In this document: positions 33,570 through 44,019 of the stretch, one piece after another
Numbering within the stretch: position 1 is the first letter of the stretch
How the letters are laid out: each line of letters opens with the position of its first letter
Virus record (IMG/VR): IMGVR_UViG_3300033148_006102
Span: 64,001-128,000 of that record
Length of the DNA stretch: 64,000 nucleotides
Reading direction: 5' to 3' (one strand)
Source of the DNA: a virus
Made by a program: the position numbers and the translations under genes
Notes under the pieces: generated by a model
What the model saw: only the letters and a program-made list of their open reading frames with translations
Database searches by the model: none
What the model was told of the DNA's origin: nothing

Positions 33570-34559
33570 ATGCTGACAGCTGGAACATATGATGCGGTAA
33601 ACCTTTGTGTTAATGGAGGTTTTGACGAAGTAACACCTTCTGGGCTTGTACCAGCAGGCTGGGGAATTGAGGGTGCTGCACCAAATCCTGCGACGTATCC
33701 GTTGTGTTGTGATGAAGATGCGGAAGCATGCGTACCAGCCGTGCCTGTTTCGGAAGCGGAGATAACAAACTTTTTTGCTCGCCTAAGTGAGCCGGTTGAC
33801 TATCCAGGTTATAGGCATAAGTTAAACGTGGTTGTGCGGTCTGAAGATCCGACGAAAGGTGTGACGCTCTCGCATTGGGCAAATATGCGAAAGCAAAATA
33901 CTCGAGCATGGTCACGCCATTGGAAAACTACAGGGTACGTGGATCGCTATCCGTTTACGGTTGAGTTCAGCTTACGTGTGCTTCAAGGCGCAGGTACGAT
34001 CGAATTTCAATCGTTTGATATTACGGGTGGAGCAGTAACCGAACGTACAATCAACGCAGAAGTAAGCGAATGGGCTCGCTACAATGTACAGTTTACCTGG
34101 GATGGGTCATCTGCCATACCAGAGTCGGCTTTCTTACTGAAAGCTGTGCGAACCAGTGAAACATCGCAGTTTGAGTTTGAGATAACTGCGTTTCAGTGGA
34201 TTGCTGGGTATCACGATGACGCACGCTTTACAGGCGATCCTAGCTATCAAGTAACACCGCGGAACACGATCATTATGGTGATGGGTCCTGTGTGTCCGAT
34301 AGGTACGCGACCGCTGCGTGAAGTATATCCGGATGCTGAACAGCGATTTCCGCTTGGAGCATTAAACGGTACGTTGGCGACAGGAGGATCGGAATCACAC
34401 ACGCATGAGACTGGTGAACCGGTAAGTGGTTCAAATCGTCGCTTTACACGCGATGGTGGCGAAGAAGCGATGTCGCGAAATCCCCCACATAAACATGGAA
34501 CGAGTGAGGCACCTAACCGGCCGTATTCGTATGCGTTCAATTACTGTATTAAGCTATGA
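33570..34559 (+). CDS. Short tail-fibre-like protein (collar + HxH)
   Basis: NLCVNGGF, GPVCPIG, SHTH, HKH, terminal CIKL. Confidence 0.6.
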   Translation: MLTAGTYDAVNLCVNGGFDEVTPSGLVPAGWGIEGAAPNPATYPLCCDEDAEACVPAVPVSEAEITNFFARLSEPVDYPGYRHKLNVVVRSEDPTKGVTLSHWANMRKQNTRAWSRHWKTTGYVDRYPFTVEFSLRVLQGAGTIEFQSFDITGGAVTERTINAEVSEWARYNVQFTWDGSSAIPESAFLLKAVRTSETSQFEFEITAFQWIAGYHDDARFTGDPSYQVTPRNTIIMVMGPVCPIGTRPLREVYPDAEQRFPLGALNGTLATGGSESHTHETGEPVSGSNRRFTRDGGEEAMSRNPPHKHGTSEAPNRPYSYAFNYCIKL

Positions 34560-36895
34560 CGAATAACAGAACAGAGTTTTTGCCTGTTGCGCATGCGCTA
34601 AACCGCGTACGAAATGGCGGCTTTCATCACGAGTACGCCTACTGGGAGGCTTCTAGTCTTGCAGGTCTACCGTCGCGGCAAGAGATTACGCCGTATGCAG
34701 AAAGCTATCCTAAGTGGACTGTGGGTGGGACTGAAGCAAAGGGTGTAAAGCAGATTCTGCTTGGTGTGCCTGGCTATCGACCAAGCTACGCACTCTGGTA
34801 CATCAGTGCTAAGTCGGTCAGCATACCCAATAATTACATGCAGATTACGGCCGTGCCGCGAGAAACGGAAGGTACGTTTCTTGCAAATGGCGGTGTAGTC
34901 GTTGGTTCGCGTGTGCGGCTGTACCAGATGGGTAATTCCGCACATGACGGTTATTGGCGCGTCATAGAGATCGTGAATGCCACGACAGTCAAAATTCGGC
35001 CTGAAGTAGGCGTTGTGGAACCAGCGGCTATTGCGCCAGCCGGAGTAGAGTATGTTGGTCGAGAAGTCGATCGTTATCGTTACCAGTTTGGGGCAGCGAT
35101 TACCTTCAAGGAAGAATACATTCCTGGTAAGTTTGACATAGCTGTCACTTTGTTCGCAGGAGACGACCCGACAGGTACAACGTATAAAATGGTTCACCGG
35201 CAAATGCCGTTTGAAGATCCGCTTTCTGTGCCAACGCCGGTTGTCGGCCTCAACGCAACTAAGACGGGCGGTAAGCACTTGCCGCCAACAGGTACGCCGG
35301 ACTGGGTACGTCATTATTTTGCTTTCGATTACGAATCAGAAGACTACTACGACCGCGCCGAATTCATGCTGGAAAGTTTGAATGCATCAGATTGGGAAGC
35401 CAGTGATATTGTAGTCGTACAGGGCGAGGTGCTGGCCTTACGAGTCAATGATACGGGCATAGCGACTAATAATGACTTACCCACGCCTACCGGTGTGGTC
35501 AACGTATGGACGCCGGATTTTGTTGAATATTCGACAGATCCATTAGACACGATGGCGCTCGGTGGAGAGGTCATACTGCATGTCGGTGACGTTTGTCCGC
35601 CAGGCTACAGTGAGGTGCTTTCGGCGCAGCGCATGTACAAACAGGATGGCAGCGGCGAAGCGATATATAATGTGCAGGCTGGTAATGCAAATGTGACGGT
35701 GGCGATGAAGTCGGGGTTTACTACGATTGCTGAAATCAAAATCGGTAATCCGGGTGGAACACCTTTTGACTACACCCAAAATGAGATTCAGCAAATGCTG
35801 CACGCTGGAATTCACCTTGAATTCGATACGGCGTTAACCACGGTGATGATGCTGCGGGTACAAGGAGCAACAGTATCCGCGCAGCGTGCTACATTTGAAG
35901 TAGGTATGCGGAAAGAACAAGCTGATGCGTTAACAGCGTATATTGCGGCAAATCCGGCAACAAACGTATATATTGCGCTATCCTCTTTCCAGCATTATGA
36001 CGATATGCGCACAATTACCCTCGAGATATTGGATTTGACTGGTGTAGTTCCCGCGGGTGTGGGTGTGGCCTCTGTCATGATTATGGATTCTCGTCGTGGC
36101 CAGCATTCTTTCACGATTTCCAATACTGGTGCAGGTCACACTAGCACGAGTATTGATAGTGCGCTAATTGCTTCGGAAGACGATTTGGCAGAAGCAATTG
36201 TGAAGTTGGTTAACCAAGAGTATTCGGGCGCATTCAATTTGCCGTACCTTAGCGCACAACAAGCGGATACTGTCGCAATTATCACAGTACCGGCAGATGC
36301 GGAAGTATCTGGTGAGGCGGTAGAAGGCGGAATAGCTATCGCGACGGATATCGTTTCTCCGAATTTACGTATTACGTCGACAGGCCACGGTATTCGCCCC
36401 GCGTTGATCAGCGAAGAGCCCGCGCATGTTGATGAAGAAAATGACGCGCCGGCGCCTTTTCCGGATAACAAGCTTCAGATAGAGGAACTACAACTGATTG
36501 TCGGGGACATTCTTGACTTTTTTGAGGTATACGATATTTCTACAGATCCGCCAACATTGGTTATTCCATCTCCCCGGCGTGTGAAGATCTCAAGCGTAGT
36601 ACGTAATTTGACTACCCGTGAGGAACACTATCTGGTTACGCAATTAAGCGGTGCAGCAGTGCCGGCTAATTGGGCGGAGTCAGTAGGCGGACCAGATCGG
36701 ACAAATCAGTTCCAGGTTTATCCTGTGCGTATTTTTGGACACGCACACCGAGCCAAAGGACTGATAGAAGGTTTTCAACACATACGTCTAGACGACGGGA
36801 GTATTACGTCATTTGGAGCAGGTCACTTCCACGATCTGGACCGGATTACGTCTTTACCACAATATTTACGTGTACGACTTTGTGAGAGGATCTGA
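34556..36895 (+). CDS. Tail-fibre-like protein (collar split by a large insert)
   Basis: NRVRNGGF, GDVCPPGY, GHAH, HFH, terminal CERI. Confidence 0.6.
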   Translation: MTNNRTEFLPVAHALNRVRNGGFHHEYAYWEASSLAGLPSRQEITPYAESYPKWTVGGTEAKGVKQILLGVPGYRPSYALWYISAKSVSIPNNYMQITAVPRETEGTFLANGGVVVGSRVRLYQMGNSAHDGYWRVIEIVNATTVKIRPEVGVVEPAAIAPAGVEYVGREVDRYRYQFGAAITFKEEYIPGKFDIAVTLFAGDDPTGTTYKMVHRQMPFEDPLSVPTPVVGLNATKTGGKHLPPTGTPDWVRHYFAFDYESEDYYDRAEFMLESLNASDWEASDIVVVQGEVLALRVNDTGIATNNDLPTPTGVVNVWTPDFVEYSTDPLDTMALGGEVILHVGDVCPPGYSEVLSAQRMYKQDGSGEAIYNVQAGNANVTVAMKSGFTTIAEIKIGNPGGTPFDYTQNEIQQMLHAGIHLEFDTALTTVMMLRVQGATVSAQRATFEVGMRKEQADALTAYIAANPATNVYIALSSFQHYDDMRTITLEILDLTGVVPAGVGVASVMIMDSRRGQHSFTISNTGAGHTSTSIDSALIASEDDLAEAIVKLVNQEYSGAFNLPYLSAQQADTVAIITVPADAEVSGEAVEGGIAIATDIVSPNLRITSTGHGIRPALISEEPAHVDEENDAPAPFPDNKLQIEELQLIVGDILDFFEVYDISTDPPTLVIPSPRRVKISSVVRNLTTREEHYLVTQLSGAAVPANWAESVGGPDRTNQFQVYPVRIFGHAHRAKGLIEGFQHIRLDDGSITSFGAGHFHDLDRITSLPQYLRVRLCERI

Positions 36896-37884
36896 TGGCC
36901 GACCAAGTCAATGTGTATTCGTCAACGCGCAACGGCATCAATCAGCTGCTAAACGGCAGTTTGCAGGCCATTGCTCGCGTGGTGGATTACGCCGATATGG
37001 CTTCGCCATTAACACCGTTTCGCGAAGGGGCCGTGCAAGATCCTGTATTGAATTCGGTGGTTAACATCGAAGAGGCCAAGCCGGCTTCCGAGACAATCGG
37101 CGGATGGAAATTCTGGGGTACTAAGGGACAAGCGTTTCATCGACGTACCCGTGGTGCCGGTGCCGTTCGTGATGGTGGCCATCGAGGGGGAGTATACGTC
37201 CAGGTTGACTTCTTGTTGGAAGGCACCATTTATATTGAGCAGCCGCTAGATCCTTTTGAGCATCTACTGTCACGGGTAATCACGTTTAGTGCAGGATTTG
37301 ATGCGGCAGAAGGTGCGGTTGACCTGCAACTACAACTCGTTGATGGTATAACTGTTGTAGCAGAATCCGACCCATTCTCGTCGGCTTTTCTGACTGGTTA
37401 TCAGCGGTTGAAGCTCGAAGCTACACTGGCAAATGATTTAAGCAGCTTGGCAGTACGGATTAAGGCCGTTGGTAAGCAAAATACAGCTTTTCGGTTTACT
37501 GATCTTTCGTTAAGTTTTGGTCAGCAGCGTTTGCTTGACACAGACTTGGCGCCAGATCTAGGTGAAATCGGCCGGCCAGGCGGCGCATTGATAATGGTGG
37601 TTGGCGATGCCTGTCCACCGGGATATCGCATCAATTGCGATCTTCTCAACCGGATCCCGTTCATGACGCACGGTGATATTTTAGCTGACGACGCGCAACG
37701 CGACACCGGCGAAGGTGGTGTATTTATTCACGATCATGGCGGAAGAAGTGGTCCTGCTATCGGGCATACGAAGGTGGCATACGGCGGAGGCACACATCTG
37801 TCGGGACACAGACATACTGTTGAAGCGTCGGATTTTACGCCACCTACGTTTCAGATCCTGTTCTGCGAGAAGATCGGTCCGTGA
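36895..37884 (+). CDS. Short tail-fibre-like protein (collar + HxH)
   Basis: NQLLNGSL, GDACPPGY, HDH, HRH, terminal CEKI. Confidence 0.6.
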   Translation: MADQVNVYSSTRNGINQLLNGSLQAIARVVDYADMASPLTPFREGAVQDPVLNSVVNIEEAKPASETIGGWKFWGTKGQAFHRRTRGAGAVRDGGHRGGVYVQVDFLLEGTIYIEQPLDPFEHLLSRVITFSAGFDAAEGAVDLQLQLVDGITVVAESDPFSSAFLTGYQRLKLEATLANDLSSLAVRIKAVGKQNTAFRFTDLSLSFGQQRLLDTDLAPDLGEIGRPGGALIMVVGDACPPGYRINCDLLNRIPFMTHGDILADDAQRDTGEGGVFIHDHGGRSGPAIGHTKVAYGGGTHLSGHRHTVEASDFTPPTFQILFCEKIGP

Positions 37885-38183
37885 GGAAGCGCCTTATACT
37901 GATATACGTTGAAGGTTGCAGTTTCTGCAAGCGTGAGCTCTATGGAGCTGCGGAACAGCTTGCGCATGAGATCGGATACGAGTTTTCGAAGCGTAAGCCT
38001 ACGATGCAAGAGCTGCAGACACGACGTTGGTCGGCTGGTTTTCCTGCTTTCGTGCTTGAGTGGGGACCGCACCAGCTGATTATGGTAGGTAACAAGGTTG
38101 TGCCCACGCTGGCTCGGTATACGGACGTTCTTCGGGAAGCTAATCTTACCCCGGCCGAATTAGCGCAGCACATCCAAACATAG
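37881..38183 (+). CDS. Thioredoxin/glutaredoxin-like protein
   Basis: CSFC motif and later GFPAFV (cis-Pro loop). Confidence 0.6.
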   Translation: MRKRLILIYVEGCSFCKRELYGAAEQLAHEIGYEFSKRKPTMQELQTRRWSAGFPAFVLEWGPHQLIMVGNKVVPTLARYTDVLREANLTPAELAQHIQT

Positions 38184-38193
38184 GTGATGCGCT

Positions 38194-41100
38194 ATGGCAT
38201 TCCAGATGGTAACCGCGGCTCTCAAGACCGCATTTGAGGGACAGGCCTACTCCGAACAAGTTCTCGCAATCGAACCTACTGGTGCTATTACGTACAGCAT
38301 CGTATCCGGCGCGTTACCGAGTGGTGTTACGCTAACACCGGCTACTGGTGTTGTTTCAGGTACACCAGCTGCAGGTACCGTTGGAACGTATACGGTCAAG
38401 TTTGACGCGGATGACGGTGCCACAACCGTCCAGACAGGCAACCTAACCTTTTCAGTGCTACCGGCGGCCTACAACCGGGCAGCCGAATTTCTGTTGCAGA
38501 ACAAGGTGCAAGTCGGCGCCGATCATGTTTATGGATCTGGCGTCGATCGCGTAGATCTTGAACGGCACTTCTTTGATCTGCCGTCAGACAAAACATATGT
38601 TCACGATGCGATTCGAATTCTGATGCAATCGGTGGCGGGCTATCCGGCAACGGATCGGTCAGTTGATCAAGTAGCGCGGGATCTGAATACGGCAATTACA
38701 GCGATCAGCGGCAAGGTTTTTGCCGAAACAACAGCTGCATTGGTTGACGGAAATACTGCGGCCTTAACAGATATCGGCGGTAATCAAGCAACTTTCCAGA
38801 TGACGGGTGCGATTTACTTCGGTAAGTCTGGAAGCGCAGACGCGGCGACGTCCCGATCATACGTACGAATTACAGACCCAACCACAGAAGACGAATACAC
38901 GGATGACGATGGAAACGAGCTCGTTATCGCATCGATCTATGACGATCAGGCAGTACCAGTTGAAATTAATCCAGATTTAAATGGCGCAACGCAAGTTGAT
39001 AGCGACGGTTTCTATGTGGGTACGACGGTAACGGTTACGGTCGGTTTCTCTGCCGGTTCCACCAATCCAAAGACATACATTGCAGCGCAACCGGATACAA
39101 ATCTTGTCGTTAATTATGGTCTGAAGAAGACGTTCCAGACTTTGACAGAGGCCGCGCTTTTCCGCAAAGCAAATATTACTGGTGAGGTCGATGCTGACAT
39201 CAAACAGTACATTGCGGAAATTAAAGGTGACGATTACTTTGCCACGCCCGCGATTGACTTAGTTACAGCAGCGGCAGCTATTGCGGCGTCAGCTAAATTC
39301 CTTGTGATTGGTCCGTCTGGTCATTATGCGGACTTTGATACGGCGCTTGCGGCGATTCTCGCGGACACCACAACATACCCAGCTGGTAGCTATATTTTCA
39401 TGACATTGCCGCCAGGTGTGACACAGTATTTGTCAGCTGATCGTACAATTGATCGTGATTTATCTATTACAGCTGTATCAGTTGCACCAATTACTGGATC
39501 AGCTAGTACGTACATAGCCAAGGATGGTACGGCCAACCCGTATCGGATTCTTGTAAGCGGCGGCAATTTGTATCTGGATTTACGGAATGTTGGTCTGCGT
39601 TGTCAGGATACTGCACCGGATGCAAATAAAGAATTGATCTATGTTTCAGGCGCCAATGACTGCTATGTGCATTTCCAGGATTTCAATGGCGGCGGTCAGT
39701 GTTTATGGTCCGAGCATAACGCGGCAACGGCAGTTATTCGACAGGATGTGGCAGGCACAGGAACCATCCGTTGTACTGTGACTGATGGCTGTTTAATGTC
39801 GATCGTTGCTCCTGCGACATATGTAATTGATGTCGCAGCCGGTGGGTTGGCGTTTATTGCTGTGTATGGTGATGGCGATTGGGAAGATGGCGCTTTGAAC
39901 GGCGCTCCAGGCGCTATCGGTAGTATCGCGCAGTACACAGTCATACCGACTAAAACAACGCCATCGGTTTCTGGTGGTATGACACGATTACCGACAAGAC
40001 CTCCACACATGTCTGTGCCAGCTCGATCTTCAGATCCGACACCTAGTGCGGTTCCTGCGGATGATAACGGTATGATGTGGTACAACACCGCATCACACCT
40101 TATTCGAGCATGCATCAATTCGGTCTTTGTCAGCATGATGTCAAACCCGATGACTACACAGGGCGACATCATTACTGGTGCAGCTAGCGGTGTGCCACAA
40201 CGGTTAGCGCTTGGGACACAAAATTATGTGCTGGCCGCTGGCGCAACAGACCCACAATGGATGAACCTTGTACCAATTACTACGCAGGGTGACATCATTT
40301 ATGGGAATGCGACGCCGGTACCTGCCCGCTTGCCGATCGGTTCCACAGATCAGGTACTAACGGTGTCAGGCGGTCAACCAGCGTGGGCGGCCGCGACACC
40401 TCTTACTACAGCCGGCGACATAATCCGTGGTGATACCGCTTCTGGTGATCCAGAACGTCTAGCATTAGGCGCGGCTGGTACTGTGTTGACATCTGTTGGT
40501 GGTCAGGCCGCATGGGCAGTACCTGGCTCTGGGACCTGGACCATCAATAACACGCAAGTCATTCATGTATCGGAGAATGGAAACGATGGTACTGGAGACG
40601 GAAGCCCATACAAGCCGTACTTAACGGTATCAAAGGCATTGACCGTGCTTGCGGCTTCTGGACCAACAGCCATCATGGTGCACGGCGATATTACCGAAAC
40701 CGCGGCACTGGATTTAAGTGGTTACAGTGATTTGGCAATCATCGGAGATGGCCAGGGTGTTAGCCGTATTCTCAACGCAACGACAAATACGACCATGATC
40801 GTGCTGCCAACGGCCGCCAAGTCGAATATCGCGATCATGAACATCATGCTTGAAAACACGGACGATGATCCGGCTAGTCAGGCACTTCGGGTCGGTACAT
40901 CGGGCGCGGCAGGATCCTTGACGAACCTGATTATTCACAATGTGCACTGCAAGGCACGTGGTGGACAAGACGGTATCGTGCGCCTTTGGGTGGACAACGC
41001 AAGTGGCTCTTGGGCTTCGTCTTCGATCACGAACTTGAGTATCGAATGGGGTACGATACCAACGGCGCCAGCGGTCACGACCGGATTGGACCTAACAGAT

Positions 41101-42126
41101 CTGCTTGACGCGTCTGCATCAATTCTTATCGATGGATTGCAATTTGTGAATCTGGGTTGGAGTGGTGCACACTCTGTCGATGCGTATGCAGTTGAAGTTA
41201 TGAATTCGACGGTTTATAGCAAAGTCATCATTAACAATATGCAGATGGATGTAGCGCCGATCGGTACAGGTCAGCGCGTAGGTGTAAAAGGCACCGGGGC
41301 TTCTACCGTCACCGTACAAAATTCAAAGATTCGAATTGACGCCGGTAACGACATCACGGGCAATGTCTACGGCATGCTTTACTGTTTAGCGCTTAATAAT
41401 GACGTTACTATCTATCGTGAGTTTGATGCAGCGCCGGGTTCATCTAGTACGACAGCCGGGATCGGTGCATTATTGAGCGGTTCTACTGGTAACGTCGGCC
41501 GGGTAATACTGCATACAACAGGTACTTGGACTCTAGCTGAGCTCACCGTAGGCTATTTTTGCAGCGCATTAAATCAGCATTACGGTGAAAACACGGGCAT
41601 ACTGCTGTTGGGTGGTGATGGTGGTGATACGCTAACGGCCAACGCGGATTACGGCATAGGTGGAGTATATGTACTCGGTAGTTCGCAACCAAGCTACCAC
41701 GCTACGCTTACTGGTGTGCTAGATACTGTGCGCAGTACTGGTGCAGGAATAGCCACATTTACCAATTTCCAAGCTACTCACATCCGCGCTATAAGCGGTG
41801 CAACACATATCGGCCATTTAGTTTCCGTGATGCTGGACACCGATGCGGCCAATACCGCGCTCACTACTTGTGCTGCGCTGGCTTTGGGGAAGGCTACCTT
41901 AGCGAACACCGTGATCATAGGTTCTGGGGTGTTAGCTTTTGTGGATCGGGGCGCTACCAGTGCTGCATATGCGGGTCCGGCTGTGGTGCATCGTCCTGAA
42001 ACAGGTTTTGGCGGTAATCCTTCACTTGTTAGGCCGGCTAATAATCTGGCTTATTCGAAATTTACGAGCGCCACAGACGCGACGGTTGCGGCAGGTCTTT
42101 CGACCACTAACATGGGTACTGTCTAA
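38194..42126 (+). CDS. Large tail fibre/spike: Ig-like N-terminus, fibre repeats, beta-helix
   Basis: YSIVSGALPSGVTLTPATGVVSGTP; three TTxGDII..RL.LG..W repeats; HVSENGNDGTGDGS..PYLTVSKAL. Confidence 0.7.
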   Translation: MAFQMVTAALKTAFEGQAYSEQVLAIEPTGAITYSIVSGALPSGVTLTPATGVVSGTPAAGTVGTYTVKFDADDGATTVQTGNLTFSVLPAAYNRAAEFLLQNKVQVGADHVYGSGVDRVDLERHFFDLPSDKTYVHDAIRILMQSVAGYPATDRSVDQVARDLNTAITAISGKVFAETTAALVDGNTAALTDIGGNQATFQMTGAIYFGKSGSADAATSRSYVRITDPTTEDEYTDDDGNELVIASIYDDQAVPVEINPDLNGATQVDSDGFYVGTTVTVTVGFSAGSTNPKTYIAAQPDTNLVVNYGLKKTFQTLTEAALFRKANITGEVDADIKQYIAEIKGDDYFATPAIDLVTAAAAIAASAKFLVIGPSGHYADFDTALAAILADTTTYPAGSYIFMTLPPGVTQYLSADRTIDRDLSITAVSVAPITGSASTYIAKDGTANPYRILVSGGNLYLDLRNVGLRCQDTAPDANKELIYVSGANDCYVHFQDFNGGGQCLWSEHNAATAVIRQDVAGTGTIRCTVTDGCLMSIVAPATYVIDVAAGGLAFIAVYGDGDWEDGALNGAPGAIGSIAQYTVIPTKTTPSVSGGMTRLPTRPPHMSVPARSSDPTPSAVPADDNGMMWYNTASHLIRACINSVFVSMMSNPMTTQGDIITGAASGVPQRLALGTQNYVLAAGATDPQWMNLVPITTQGDIIYGNATPVPARLPIGSTDQVLTVSGGQPAWAAATPLTTAGDIIRGDTASGDPERLALGAAGTVLTSVGGQAAWAVPGSGTWTINNTQVIHVSENGNDGTGDGSPYKPYLTVSKALTVLAASGPTAIMVHGDITETAALDLSGYSDLAIIGDGQGVSRILNATTNTTMIVLPTAAKSNIAIMNIMLENTDDDPASQALRVGTSGAAGSLTNLIIHNVHCKARGGQDGIVRLWVDNASGSWASSSITNLSIEWGTIPTAPAVTTGLDLTDLLDASASILIDGLQFVNLGWSGAHSVDAYAVEVMNSTVYSKVIINNMQMDVAPIGTGQRVGVKGTGASTVTVQNSKIRIDAGNDITGNVYGMLYCLALNNDVTIYREFDAAPGSSSTTAGIGALLSGSTGNVGRVILHTTGTWTLAELTVGYFCSALNQHYGENTGILLLGGDGGDTLTANADYGIGGVYVLGSSQPSYHATLTGVLDTVRSTGAGIATFTNFQATHIRAISGATHIGHLVSVMLDTDAANTALTTCAALALGKATLANTVIIGSGVLAFVDRGATSAAYAGPAVVHRPETGFGGNPSLVRPANNLAYSKFTSATDATVAAGLSTTNMGTV
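40150..40515 (+). repeat. Three tandem ~38-40 aa fibre repeats
   Basis: MTTQGDIITG.., ITTQGDIIYG.., LTTAGDIIRG.. each ending in W. Confidence 0.8.
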
Positions 42127-42650
42127 TGAAGTATGCATACGAAAAAGCCACGGGCGAAATATACGAGCTTGATGATGCTGTTACAGATGAAAAATTCCCT
42201 GCGGAAGACTGGGAGTTTGATATCACTGTAGATTTCGAAGCATTGAGTGGTGTTCCGTATCACTATCGCGAAATTGTAGGCGGCGCTTTGGTGGAAATGG
42301 ATCAGGCCGGAAAAGATGCAGTAGATGCAGCAGCGTTGGCCGATTGGAAGGCGCAATGTAAAGCTAATCTGGCGCTGGAGTGCAAGGTTTACATCGAGAG
42401 CAAATGTCCGGCGCATAATCAGAACACGTTGAATGGGTTGTATGTTGAAGCCGCGACAAATCGCAAGGCACATATCAAGGAACTATGGGATTGGATCGAA
42501 ACAGTTATTGCATACAACCAAGGTAAGCAAGATGACATTGCCGAAGCTGCAGATGAGTCCGCAGCTTCGGCAATAACCCAGGATTTTGCCGCGTATGACG
42601 CAACCTGGCCAAATGTTACGATTGCGTCTGTCCGAGCAATTGAGGATTAG
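42126..42650 (+). CDS. Tail-fibre assembly chaperone-like protein
   Basis: Directly follows the fibre gene; helical acidic protein (GALVEMDQAGKDAVDAA). Confidence 0.5.
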   Translation: MKYAYEKATGEIYELDDAVTDEKFPAEDWEFDITVDFEALSGVPYHYREIVGGALVEMDQAGKDAVDAAALADWKAQCKANLALECKVYIESKCPAHNQNTLNGLYVEAATNRKAHIKELWDWIETVIAYNQGKQDDIAEAADESAASAITQDFAAYDATWPNVTIASVRAIED

Positions 42651-42651
42651 T

Positions 42652-43251
42652 ATGGGACTGCTATCGGTAAAAGCACGACCAGAATTAGCGCGTGAGCCTT
42701 TATGGGAATACACGCCGCGTACGTTGTGTATACCGATGGCGCGGACGCATCCTGAGTTTAATGAGCAGTTGACCGATAAGCATATGGCGATGCTGGAAGA
42801 GGTCATCGCTGATGTCTGTGAGTACTTATCTAGTCTCGGATGTTTGTTCTTTCGAGATCCGGAAGGCGTAGACTTGGAGATTCGTATTTACGCGCACTGG
42901 ATTGATCCGACGATCAATCATGGTGTGGCACGTACAAACACTGAACAGCGACTTGCAGAGATCGAACTTAATATCGGAAAAATTCAGTACGGGTTTTTGA
43001 CGAAGGGCTTCCTTCGCGGATTAGTACTGCATGAAATCGGCCATGCTTTGGGCTTGGTCGTAACACCATCGGAGAGTGCAGAGAAGGCCGGTTCGTCGGA
43101 TCGGTCATTAAATCACTGTAGACATCTTACCTGCGCCATGACGCACACTAGGTTGGCGGGATGGTTCAGGCTCTTCTTAGCGTGGTTAGTTAGTCGACAA
43201 CAAACCTTCTGTTCTTCGTGCAAGAACTTCCTCGTGAGACGGCTACCATAG
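42652..43251 (+). CDS. Zn metalloprotease (metzincin-like)
   Basis: LHEIGHALGL ... HC...CAM. Confidence 0.7.
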   Translation: MGLLSVKARPELAREPLWEYTPRTLCIPMARTHPEFNEQLTDKHMAMLEEVIADVCEYLSSLGCLFFRDPEGVDLEIRIYAHWIDPTINHGVARTNTEQRLAEIELNIGKIQYGFLTKGFLRGLVLHEIGHALGLVVTPSESAEKAGSSDRSLNHCRHLTCAMTHTRLAGWFRLFLAWLVSRQQTFCSSCKNFLVRRLP

Positions 43252-43263
43252 AAAAGGAACACG

Positions 43264-43824
43264 ATGGACGAGTCGACTGTTGCAATTGTTATGGCGGCTT
43301 TGGCGTGCGTAAGCGTACTGGCATATACGGTGCGCTATGCGGTGAAGGCCTTGATTAGCACCAAAAACGACAAGGAAAACAAGAGCACAAATACTGCGGC
43401 GGATGTACTTCCATCGCGGGCTACGATAAAGATTGCACCACTGGAGCGGCAGATTAACACAATGGCCGCACAGGTAAGCACCTTAGCGACACAAGTTCAG
43501 GCGTTAGTGGACCGCCCGAGCTTTTTGACAGAAGATCAACAGGATATTCTCCGCCAGTTGTACCGGATGCACGATCAACTGGATAATGACGGCACACCAA
43601 TGTGCTACACACCACGGTCTTGGCGAGAATTGTTGATTGAGATTGTGCAGAAGATGCGGGATCTCTCTGCGACAGATGACACGATGATGAAGCTTATTGA
43701 TACCATCAGTAAGCGGTTGGACGAGATCACGCGGCAGCAGAACGAGCATGATAAAGCCATGCAGCAGTCGTACAATGAACTCGTGTCACGTTTAGAACGG
43801 GCAATAAGAGACTCACGGGGATAA
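43264..43824 (+). CDS. Membrane-anchored coiled-coil protein (holin-like?)
   Basis: N-terminal hydrophobic helix; AAAGGA SD. Confidence 0.45.
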   Translation: MDESTVAIVMAALACVSVLAYTVRYAVKALISTKNDKENKSTNTAADVLPSRATIKIAPLERQINTMAAQVSTLATQVQALVDRPSFLTEDQQDILRQLYRMHDQLDNDGTPMCYTPRSWRELLIEIVQKMRDLSATDDTMMKLIDTISKRLDEITRQQNEHDKAMQQSYNELVSRLERAIRDSRG

Positions 43825-43827
43825 CCC

Positions 43828-44019
43828 ATGCCTAACACAGAAACTCTTTTTCCCGAAGCGCCGCCGGAGACTGAGCTTTTGGAAGAGCTCGACAAGATCG
43901 GTAAGGCTGCCAAGCGCCATCAGGCGACTGGTAAAAAGCTGCTAGAGCGCATTGCAAACGGCAATGGTCATAGTGAAGCAGCCGAAGAGGAAGTCGAGGA
44001 AGAGGACGAGGAAACATAG
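43828..44019 (+). CDS. Small acidic protein
   Basis: 63 aa with poly-Glu tail. Confidence 0.55.
   Translation: MPNTETLFPEAPPETELLEELDKIGKAAKRHQATGKKLLERIANGNGHSEAAEEEVEEEDEET

Noticed and set aside
25840-42650. Diversity-generating retroelement acting on fibre genes
   Set aside because: No reverse transcriptase and no near-identical TR/VR pair noticed; repeats are protein-level and diverged.
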